Assembly (NCBI GenBank): GCA_027621365.1
Contig: JAQCBH010000001.1
Location: 133,308-197,307, forward strand
Direction of reading: 5' to 3'
Length of the DNA: 64,000 nt
Source: Bacteroidota bacterium
Lineage (GTDB): Bacteria; Bacteroidota; Bacteroidia; NS11-12g; UBA955
Within the stretch, counting starts at the first letter, position 1, and each line of letters opens with the position of its first letter. The notes under the pieces are model-generated. The model saw only the letters and a program-made list of their open reading frames with translations, was not told the origin of the DNA and ran no database searches. Shown piece after piece: positions 27,906 to 35,936 of this stretch. Position numbers and translations under genes: made by a program.

Positions 27906-29537
27906 TTAGGCGTATCGATTGCCCACCCACACAAATCGTCGGTTGACGTAATTCGCGTCGGCAAAGGTGGCATTTCCACTGGGGTTGCCGCCGGTGACGT
28001 GAAAATCAGAGAAAGCCGCATGTTGATTGACAAAGGCTGCTCCTGTAAAATTGAAACTAACAGGGGCAAACGCAGCATTCATGGCATCAGCGACCTGCTC
28101 GCAGAAAGATTCATCGGTCGAATAGCACTGACTCGTAATGGCGCCCAACTCTGCTGCTGATTGTGCCGCAAGAGCCAAAGCCTCTTCCCTGTCCTTGCAG
28201 CGAATCACAAACAAGGCAGGTCCAAAACACTCCTGTTTCCAGGTAGCAGTATCGGCAGCATCTACAGCCACAACAGCAGGACTTAAGGTACGGGCATCAG
28301 CAAATTCGGGATTCTCGACAGACGAGGCGGCCAAAACAGCTCCAGACAAGCTTTGAACGCGCTTGGCCGTGGCTTCGTTTTGGATGGCCCCCAAGGTAAA
28401 GGGTCCCATTTTGGGATTGTTGGCCAAGCCTGAGATGGCTTCGGCTATGCCTGAAACCACCTGATCAAAGGTCAATGAACCTTCAGCCGTTTGAATGCCA
28501 GCCGCAGGTACAAAAATGTTTTGAGGAGCGGTACACATTTGACCGCTGTACAAGCTGGCGGCAAAGGAAATATTGCCAAATACCGCAGCAGGCTGATTCA
28601 CAGACTCAAGGATCACCCCATTCACGCCAGCTTTTTCCGTAAAGACGGATTTACCGGGCAATGACTCGATGTACTCGCCAAAATGAGAGCCACCCGTATA
28701 ATCGATCAATTTGATCGAAGGGTGTTCGGCCAATTCTTTGGTTACCGGTTGCTCCAGGGTATCAACCGCCAGTTGAACCGTGTACGGATCAAAACCAGCA
28801 GCCTCAAAAGCCTTCTGCATTTCGCCAACAACCTGGGCAATGGGCAAAATGCTTTTGGGGTGGGGTTTTATGATGCTGGCATTGCCACACATCAAATTGG
28901 CAAACAAGCCAGGAACCGTATTCCATGTTGGAAAGGTGCTGCACCCAATGACCAAGCCCAAACCACGGGGAATGGGCTTAAAAGTCTTGCGCAGGGTCAA
29001 ATCGAATTTGCCCATGGGCTTCACGAATTGCACTTCTGATTCAAATCGAGTCAATTCTTGATAAGCCATGCTCATGGCTTCCATGGCTCGATCGTTCGCA
29101 TGAGGACCGCTGGCCTGGAAACTCATCATGTATCCTTGACCCGTGGTGTGCATGGTCGATACGGCCAAATCAAAGAAACGCTTCTGTATGCGATACAGGC
29201 AGTCAGTCAATACTTCAGCACGCTGATCAGGGCTGCTTGAGCGCCAGCCCATTTGGGCAGTCTCAGCGCGAGAGATGAGCGTTTCGGTCGAAAATTGGGG
29301 GTAGCGAATGCCGAGCCCCGTCATCAAATAGGGGGACACTTCGGTGCCTACCCAAGCTTGAGCGCCCTCTGATTTAAACTCAGAAAAATCTTGGTTCAAA
29401 AGACGAGCAAATGAATCTTGCGATTCTTCCGTGCTACCCTCGGTATAGGCCTTCGGCGATTCAGGGAAGGCGGTATAATACGTGCGTTGCTTCAGGGCCG
29501 CTTGCCCTTCTTGCATCAATTCTTTGGCTGATTTCAT
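27906..29537 (-). CDS. aldehyde dehydrogenase family protein, PaaN-like
   Basis: 543 aa. An ALDH catalytic Cys context is present (SGQMCTAPQN). The length and N-terminal text fit the PaaN subgroup; that assignment is by recollection only. Confidence 0.65.
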   Translation of the reverse strand: MKSAKELMQEGQAALKQRTYYTAFPESPKAYTEGSTEESQDSFARLLNQDFSEFKSEGAQAWVGTEVSPYLMTGLGIRYPQFSTETLISRAETAQMGWRSSSPDQRAEVLTDCLYRIQKRFFDLAVSTMHTTGQGYMMSFQASGPHANDRAMEAMSMAYQELTRFESEVQFVKPMGKFDLTLRKTFKPIPRGLGLVIGCSTFPTWNTVPGLFANLMCGNASIIKPHPKSILPIAQVVGEMQKAFEAAGFDPYTVQLAVDTLEQPVTKELAEHPSIKLIDYTGGSHFGEYIESLPGKSVFTEKAGVNGVILESVNQPAAVFGNISFAASLYSGQMCTAPQNIFVPAAGIQTAEGSLTFDQVVSGIAEAISGLANNPKMGPFTLGAIQNEATAKRVQSLSGAVLAASSVENPEFADARTLSPAVVAVDAADTATWKQECFGPALFVIRCKDREEALALAAQSAAELGAITSQCYSTDESFCEQVADAMNAAFAPVSFNFTGAAFVNQHAAFSDFHVTGGNPSGNATFADANYVNRRFVWVGNRYA

Positions 29538-29540
29538 GAT

Positions 29541-29870
29541 TTATGCTTGTCCAGTTTGACCTCCAAACGAAAATGGCACCGTGTTGGGCATAGGAGCCAT
29601 TTCGTCGATGTTGATGTCACCGAAATGTTCTTCGTATTTGTGCACGTTTTCTCCCAAAGCCATGAGCAAGCGTTTGGCATGTTGAGGCGCCAACACAATG
29701 CGGCTCTTCACCTTGCCCTTGGGTACACCCGGCATCATGCGAATGAAATCCAATACGAATTCACTTTGGCTATGCGTGATGATGGCAAAATTGGAATAGG
29801 TGCCCTCGGCAATCTCTTCGTTTAGCTCGATATCCAATGATGGACCTTGGGGTTTATCGTTTGCGTTCAT
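29541..29870 (-). CDS. DUF3467-family small protein
   Basis: 109 aa. The text LDIELNEEIAEGTYSNFAIITHSQSEFVLDFIRMMPGVPKGKVKSRIVLAPQHAKRLL matches my memory of the DUF3467 consensus. Confidence 0.65.
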   Translation of the reverse strand: MNANDKPQGPSLDIELNEEIAEGTYSNFAIITHSQSEFVLDFIRMMPGVPKGKVKSRIVLAPQHAKRLLMALGENVHKYEEHFGDINIDEMAPMPNTVPFSFGGQTGQA

Positions 29871-29888
29871 ATCTGATTCAAAGGTACT

Positions 29889-30275
29889 TTATTTCGCTGC
29901 GATGATGGAAATCTCCACCAGAGCATCTTTGGGCAAACGGGCCACTTCGACAGTTTCTCTCGCCGGATAATCGCTACCCTCGGGAAAGGCATTCGCGTAC
30001 ACGGCATTGACCTTGGGAAAGTCATTCATGTCCTTGAGGAATATGCTCGTTTTGACCACATCATTCCAACCAAGCCCACAGTGATCCAATAACAGACCTA
30101 TGTTCTTCATGACTTGTTCGGTCTGAAGCTCCACACTGTCGGGCCCAATCATCTGCCCCGATTCGGCATCTAAGGCAATTTGTCCTGAAAAATACCAGGT
30201 GTTTCCCATGCGACGCCCCTGGCTGTAAGGCCCAATGGGTGCAGGCGCTTTAGCGCTAAAAATGACTTCGTTCAT
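29889..30275 (-). CDS. ridA: RidA/YjgF family reactive-intermediate deaminase
   Basis: Starting at MNEVIFSAKAPAPIGPYSQG (30275) gives a canonical protein of about 128 aa ending ..LPKDALVEISIIAAK. The tracked ORF extends a further 42 codons upstream; see the finding on this extension. Confidence 0.8.
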   Translation of the reverse strand: MNEVIFSAKAPAPIGPYSQGRRMGNTWYFSGQIALDAESGQMIGPDSVELQTEQVMKNIGLLLDHCGLGWNDVVKTSIFLKDMNDFPKVNAVYANAFPEGSDYPARETVEVARLPKDALVEISIIAAK

Positions 30276-30322
30276 GCTATTTGCTGTAAATTTGGTAGAT
30301 TTTTGATCTTTTCCCCACCCCC

Positions 30323-30985
30323 ATGAAAATCGGAATAACAGGCTCAGAGAAAGCAGTAAGAGAATGGCAGTCAGGACAAGACGCCCCATCTTCATTTGCA
30401 TGTTTGCAAGATACGAAGGAGCATCGCGATTGCCACGTTCTGATCGATTTGGATTTTGACCAGCACCCGGAGCGTCTTCAGGAATACGCTAGCAATTCCA
30501 ATACCCTGTTTTTGTTGAACGCCGTATCCTGCACATTGGAACAAGCCTTTGCCACTTGCAAGCTGGCCTATTCGGGTCAGCGAATGATAGGAATCAATGC
30601 TTGGCCCATTTGCCTAGAAAGGCCCGAATTGGAAGCGAGCAATCCCTTTTCTATCCAAGTGAAATCTGAGGAACTGCAAGCCTGCGGGTTCTCATCGGCT
30701 CGTTACTGCGATTCCCGCGTCGGATTGATCACACCTCGAATCATCTGTATGATCATCAACGAGGCCTATTATACGGTTCAAGAAGGCACGGCTGAACCCG
30801 ACGCCATTGATACCGCGATGAAATTGGGCACCAATTACCCCAAGGGCCCATTCGAATGGCTTTCTGTATGGGGACTTCACCGGGTGTACAAACTGCTCAA
30901 CGCCTTGTACGAAGACAGCCGTGAAGAGCGTTACAAGGTTGCCGCCAAGCTCAAACAAGATTGGCTCAGAAAGCAAATTCAATAG
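30323..30985 (+). CDS. 3-hydroxyacyl-CoA dehydrogenase family protein with a shortened, degenerate N-terminal NAD domain
   Basis: The C-terminal 3HCDH domain is clear (GLITPRIICMIINEAYYTVQEGTAEPDAIDTAMKLGTNYPKGPFEWLSVWGL). The N-terminus MKIGITGSEK lacks an intact GxGxxG motif. Confidence 0.6.
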   Translation: MKIGITGSEKAVREWQSGQDAPSSFACLQDTKEHRDCHVLIDLDFDQHPERLQEYASNSNTLFLLNAVSCTLEQAFATCKLAYSGQRMIGINAWPICLERPELEASNPFSIQVKSEELQACGFSSARYCDSRVGLITPRIICMIINEAYYTVQEGTAEPDAIDTAMKLGTNYPKGPFEWLSVWGLHRVYKLLNALYEDSREERYKVAAKLKQDWLRKQIQ

Positions 30986-31038
30986 GTGCAAACCTATTTT
31001 TGGTTCCAGCTACACGCACAACCATTTACCCAATTCAC

Positions 31039-31070
31039 AAAAAAAGCCCGGGCAAATGCCCGGGCTTTTT
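31039..31070. terminator. bidirectional intrinsic terminator between the 3HCDH-like gene and paralog 1
   Basis: It has the same 30-nt sequence as the terminator at 27873-27902 (aaaaagcccgggcaaatgcccgggcttttt). Confidence 0.75.
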
Positions 31071-31090
31071 CATGATTCTTATGATGAAAA

Positions 31091-34000
31091 CTAGTTCTGA
31101 ATGGTGATTTTCTGAGTAGCTGACTGAGTCTCGGAAGAAACGCGAATCAAGTAAACACCAGGAGTCAAACCGCTCACTTGTACGTCTACCAAACCGTTAT
31201 TAACGGCAGTAGAATTCCAAACGCGTTGTCCGCTCAAAGTAGTCAACTCCAAATTCACGTCCGTTCCGAAAGTGGGAGTCAAGGCCACTTGGAATTGTCC
31301 ATTGGAAGGATTCGGGAATACACCCATTCCTACTTTGGCCAATCCTTCAACCGCAGAGCGATTCATGACAAACTCCTTGCTCTTGGTACACTCACAACCC
31401 GTCTGGCGAACTTTGGCACGCATGGTAATGGTGTAAGTTCCGTCATCGACAAAGTTGTGCTGAACAGCCGCATTTTTATCAGCGCTGTAGAGCTTTCCAC
31501 CGCCTTCAAAGATCCAAGTGTAATCGACGTTGTCTTGACCGCCAGCGTTGCCGCTGCCATCGATGGGCTCAACGTTGACACCGAAGAATCCGAACGTATA
31601 ATCAGTTGAAGCCGTGAAGTCACAAGTGCGAGGAGCTTCGTTGATGGTTACACGCTGAGTCAAAGAATCGGCACAACCACCCTTGATGTAGGCATACAAG
31701 GTTACGTTGTAAGAAGTGGTTTGGATCACATTGTAGGTCTTAGAAGGATCACTGGCCGAAGCAGTGGTGTTGTCACCAAAATCCCAGTTGTAGCTGATCT
31801 CACCCTGAGGCCAAGTGGTATTGTTCACAAATACGACTGCCTCACCGGCACAAACATCACCAGCGGTAAAGTTGGCCTTGGGCTGAGTCAACACGCTCAT
31901 ATCTTTGGTCATGGTCTGAGAACATCCATTGTCCAAGGTAACGGTCAAGGTCACCGTTTTGGGGCCCAAAGAAGACCAGTTCTTGTTGAGAGATTTAGCG
32001 GTAGAGGTAGTACCGTCACCGAAGTCCCAAGCATAGTTCGCTACTGTACCTGCGATATCGGCAGTGGTATTGGTGAATTCTGTGGGAGTCAAAGAACAAG
32101 CGGCTGTGTTGGTGAAACTCACCTTGGGTGATTCACGCACCTCGATTTCTTTGACCATGGAATCTTTGCAACCAAATTCGCTGGTAGCAACCAACTTCAC
32201 CATCTTCTTACCAGCTGTTGAGAATTGGTGTTCAGCATCAACTTCAGTTGAAACAGAACCGTTGTCATCAAAATCCCAATAGCTACCGACCAAGCCGCTG
32301 TTGATGCTAGACTTGTTAGCAAAAGCAAAGGCTTCGTTGTCACAAATACCGTCAATCAAAGACCAATCGGCTTTGGGACGATCGAACTGATACACGCGCT
32401 GTGTCAAACTAGCCACACAACCGTTCAAATCGGCCGTTAAGGTTACATTGTAAGTACCTGCCTTAGCGTACTTGTGGGTAGGATTGTTGGCCGTACTAGT
32501 AGCACCATCACCAAAGGCCCATTTCCAAGTAGCCGTAGTAGGCGTAGTCTTGTTGGTAAATTCCAGATTCTCGCCTTCACAAGCATTCTTTTTATCAAAG
32601 GCAACCGTAGGTATAGCATTCACTTCAACCGACTGCGTATCGTGGAACACAAAGCCATAGGGCAAAGTTTTGGCCGTCAAGATGACATCGTAGGTTCCAG
32701 AAGCGGGGAACTGGAATACAGGCTCAGGAGCGTTTGAAGTGTCAGCTGCTGTGCCGGTGCCGAAGTTCCAGAAGAATTCCATTCCACCGCTCTTTACCGA
32801 GCTCATGTTTTCGAACAATACAGCCTCACCGTCACAAATCTTGGCGGGGAATACAAAATCAGGAGTGATAGAAGGATAAATCAACACATCGCGCTTGATT
32901 ACAGTATCACAACCGTTGTTTAAATCAGAGATTTTCACAAACCATGTGATGGTTGACTCTTCCAGACTAGCATCTGAAGTCATGAAAGACATCTGCAAAT
33001 CTGCAGTTCCACTTGGGGCTGTGAGGCTAGTCGTACCCGCCAAATCGTTACCATTGGCATCTTGGGCATAACTAGAGGCGGTCCAATCGGTTCCATAGGT
33101 CGCATTGCTCATGCCGCGAGGGGCCGTAAAATCAAACATAACGGGATTGTTGACGATAGTCACATCAAAGGGGCGACCCTTTTGGTACTTGGCTTGAGTT
33201 CCCGCAGATACACTGGCAATTTCACTACCACCAGGAGCCGGTTTAACGAATACAGACTTGCTGAAGGAATCATTCGAAGAATTATCGTCACCCAACAAGT
33301 GAACAATCACCTCGTTGTTGCCCCACTCATTAAACTTGAGCTTCGCACTTAACACAACTGATGCCGTATCGTTTGCCGGAATGTAAACATTAGCCACAGC
33401 TTGGTTTTCAATGCCGTTAACATTGAATACAACGGGAATGTCATAGGCCGTATCGCTGAAATTGTTTTTCAAGCGAACGCTTACCTCAAATTCAGAGCCT
33501 GAACAAACCGTATCGGTCAAAGCAGGACTAAAGGAAATATCATCCATGGCGATGTCCATGTACCCTTCAACCGCACCGTTATCAGACTTAATTGGGTTGC
33601 GCTTGTCGCCGTTTACATCGGTGGTCACCCAGGTAACAGAAGGAACTCCGTTTTGGTTCTTGAACTGACCAGAAGAGAAGTCACCGGCAGCAGGATCGGC
33701 AAACTTCGGGTCAACAAACTTGGCATTTTGCTCGTGGCCAGAAGCTTCGTAGGTAGCCCAAGAGGTATAAGTACCTTGGGTATTTCTCCAACCGTAAGAA
33801 GTGGTATTGGCATCAGGCTTGTACCAATAGCTGTTGTTGCTGTATTCTTTGATCTGACCATTGTTGTTCGAGTGAACGTGGAATTCGATTTGATCCCCAC
33901 CTTCAGCATACAACAGATTCCCTACCCAATACTGATTGTTGCTGTAGGAGTACGTATTGTATATGGGCCAGTTGGCATATCCGCCGGAGGAATAGTTATC

Positions 34001-35803
34001 CATTTTATTGTAGATGGTATTCTGGCGAATGTCCCAACGTTCATTGGTGCTGTAACTTGAATACAGATACATACCGTACACATCGTAGCGGTAAGAAGTT
34101 ACGTTGTGTACCAAGTTCGACTGGTTCTCCAATCCATAAGCATAGTACGAGAAGATACCGGCAGCATCAGAGTTACCACCTCGAATATAGCTCACGCGAT
34201 TGCGGCGAATCTTGTGGTTGCCATAGAAAATGTACATACCTACGGCAAAACTGTTGGTGGCCTCATTAGAGTCAATGAGGTTGTCATCGACTTCGATGGT
34301 GTTACCACTGGATGGATACGAATAGGCATTAATGCCTCTCAAAGCAGAACTACACTTGTTACCGCTGATTCTGTTGCCACTTACTGATACAGTGTTGTAT
34401 CCGAAATAGTGCAAAATACCGTAAAACGAATTTCCAGTAGATTCATTGTAGCAGATAATATTATTATCAGAAACGTAGTTGTCGTGATAATAATAGCGGG
34501 CTATGCCATAGAATATTCCACTCGATTTATTGTTATTGATTTCATTTGAGCTCGTACTGGTGCGTCTGGCATAATAGTACATGTAAATGCCATAGAAAGA
34601 GCTGCTCGACGTATTGCCGTTCCAAGTATTCTTATCAACCTTGGAGTCATTTGCATAGTAATAGGCATACAACCCATAGAAGGTTCCGCTTACCTTGTTG
34701 TTGTCCCAATGGTTGTTGTTGATGTTGGCACGCTCCAAATAGTAGTAGTTGTAGAGGCCATAGAAGGATCTAGAGACAGAATTGTTCGAAAAACTGTTTC
34801 CCGTCATGTGCAAATAACGAGGGTAATAGTAGGCGTATACCCCGTAATAAGTGCCCGATGCCGTGATGTTGTCAAACTTATTGTTGTGAATGCCCCAGTA
34901 ATAACAGTAGTAATACGGATATACACCGTTAAAAGTTGAAGCAGAAGAATTGCTGAAATCATTGCCTTCAACAGAAACGTAATAAGAGTAATAGCCATCA
35001 ACACCTGTGCGAGAGCCGCTGGTACTTTGACCACTAAAATCATTGTTCAAGATGGAGTCGCCCGCCGCATAGTAAATGCGAACACCGTAGCGATACCACT
35101 TTTCGATTTTATTGTTTTTGATGACGTTTTGACCATTGGTAGTGCTGGAGTAGTAACTGCGGTTGTTTGTAATAGCAATGGCATATCCAGGGCCATACGA
35201 ACCCGAAGATTTCATGGTATTCTTTTCGATGCGGTTGAAACGACCCGTCCAAGAATAGGTCGAACTGGTGTAACCGGTAGTCGAAGGAGCAAATGCAACG
35301 TAAGAACCAATTGTAGATGCACTGGAACGACGGGTGTACTCCAACACGCAATTGATGATGCGGTTGTATTCACTTACGTTGGTGAATCGCACAATGTTCG
35401 TACCCGTAGAGGTAGAAGTGTGCAAGATCTTAACCCCGTTGAAGGTAACATAATCGGCACCGTTGAACAGAATGGCATCGGTAGATCCCGAATAGGAATA
35501 CGAATAACCATTTCCGTCGATGGTGATGGTGTTGGTCGAACTTGCTCCACTAATGGAATTAAAGGTCGTCGTGGAAGACGAACTAACGTCGCTGATCAAC
35601 TTGGCTGTGACAGCGCCATTCACGCCACCTGAAGACAAGGCCGAAGCAAAGGCTGCCAGGGTGGAGTAATTGCCTCCTGATCCAATGGTATAACTGCCGC
35701 TCATGGCTGCCTTCAGCGAGGCTGAAGAACCCATGAAGAACAATCCCCCAAGGACCAGAGCGAGGTACTTGTTTTTGATAATTTGATTGTAGTGTTTCAT
35801 CAT
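31091..35803 (-). CDS. giant T9SS-secreted surface protein, paralog 1: signal peptide, Tyr-rich repeat array, about 6 PKD-like domains, T9SS CTD
   Basis: 1570 aa. It starts with MMKHY and a signal peptide (..SSASLKAAMS). Tandem 27-29-residue repeats follow (..SFYGLYNYYYLERANINNNHWDNNKVSGTFYGLYAYYY..). PKD-type motifs are present (WNFGTG, WAFGDGATS, WDFGDGTTS, WDFGDNTT). The C-terminus is a type A CTD (GVFPNPSNGQFQVAL...GVYLIRVSSETQSATQKITIQN). Confidence 0.85.
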   Translation of the reverse strand: MMKHYNQIIKNKYLALVLGGLFFMGSSASLKAAMSGSYTIGSGGNYSTLAAFASALSSGGVNGAVTAKLISDVSSSSTTTFNSISGASSTNTITIDGNGYSYSYSGSTDAILFNGADYVTFNGVKILHTSTSTGTNIVRFTNVSEYNRIINCVLEYTRRSSASTIGSYVAFAPSTTGYTSSTYSWTGRFNRIEKNTMKSSGSYGPGYAIAITNNRSYYSSTTNGQNVIKNNKIEKWYRYGVRIYYAAGDSILNNDFSGQSTSGSRTGVDGYYSYYVSVEGNDFSNSSASTFNGVYPYYYCYYWGIHNNKFDNITASGTYYGVYAYYYPRYLHMTGNSFSNNSVSRSFYGLYNYYYLERANINNNHWDNNKVSGTFYGLYAYYYANDSKVDKNTWNGNTSSSSFYGIYMYYYARRTSTSSNEINNNKSSGIFYGIARYYYHDNYVSDNNIICYNESTGNSFYGILHYFGYNTVSVSGNRISGNKCSSALRGINAYSYPSSGNTIEVDDNLIDSNEATNSFAVGMYIFYGNHKIRRNRVSYIRGGNSDAAGIFSYYAYGLENQSNLVHNVTSYRYDVYGMYLYSSYSTNERWDIRQNTIYNKMDNYSSGGYANWPIYNTYSYSNNQYWVGNLLYAEGGDQIEFHVHSNNNGQIKEYSNNSYWYKPDANTTSYGWRNTQGTYTSWATYEASGHEQNAKFVDPKFADPAAGDFSSGQFKNQNGVPSVTWVTTDVNGDKRNPIKSDNGAVEGYMDIAMDDISFSPALTDTVCSGSEFEVSVRLKNNFSDTAYDIPVVFNVNGIENQAVANVYIPANDTASVVLSAKLKFNEWGNNEVIVHLLGDDNSSNDSFSKSVFVKPAPGGSEIASVSAGTQAKYQKGRPFDVTIVNNPVMFDFTAPRGMSNATYGTDWTASSYAQDANGNDLAGTTSLTAPSGTADLQMSFMTSDASLEESTITWFVKISDLNNGCDTVIKRDVLIYPSITPDFVFPAKICDGEAVLFENMSSVKSGGMEFFWNFGTGTAADTSNAPEPVFQFPASGTYDVILTAKTLPYGFVFHDTQSVEVNAIPTVAFDKKNACEGENLEFTNKTTPTTATWKWAFGDGATSTANNPTHKYAKAGTYNVTLTADLNGCVASLTQRVYQFDRPKADWSLIDGICDNEAFAFANKSSINSGLVGSYWDFDDNGSVSTEVDAEHQFSTAGKKMVKLVATSEFGCKDSMVKEIEVRESPKVSFTNTAACSLTPTEFTNTTADIAGTVANYAWDFGDGTTSTAKSLNKNWSSLGPKTVTLTVTLDNGCSQTMTKDMSVLTQPKANFTAGDVCAGEAVVFVNNTTWPQGEISYNWDFGDNTTASASDPSKTYNVIQTTSYNVTLYAYIKGGCADSLTQRVTINEAPRTCDFTASTDYTFGFFGVNVEPIDGSGNAGGQDNVDYTWIFEGGGKLYSADKNAAVQHNFVDDGTYTITMRAKVRQTGCECTKSKEFVMNRSAVEGLAKVGMGVFPNPSNGQFQVALTPTFGTDVNLELTTLSGQRVWNSTAVNNGLVDVQVSGLTPGVYLIRVSSETQSATQKITIQN

Positions 35804-35885
35804 AGACTATATGGTTTGTGCCCAAATTATGATTTTCTATTTCTATATGCAAGTTTTTCATAATTTTTGACATTGGGCTAAAAAA

Positions 35886-35910
35886 AACCCCGGCCTTGCG
35901 GGCCGGGGTT
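35886..35910 (-). terminator. intrinsic terminator downstream of paralog 2
   Basis: A 10-bp stem (aaccccggcc/ggccggggtt) is followed by a T run on the minus strand. Confidence 0.75.
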
Positions 35911-35936
35911 CTGAAAACCTATAATCTAACGATGAA

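Noticed and set aside
35804-35885. Shared promoter motifs upstream of the three paralogs (GTCAAAAA, ATGAAAAAC, near-matches to TAnnTTTG).
   Set aside because: The matches are short, sit at inconsistent distances from the start codons, and lie in AT-rich sequence. That is not enough to call promoters without transcription start data.
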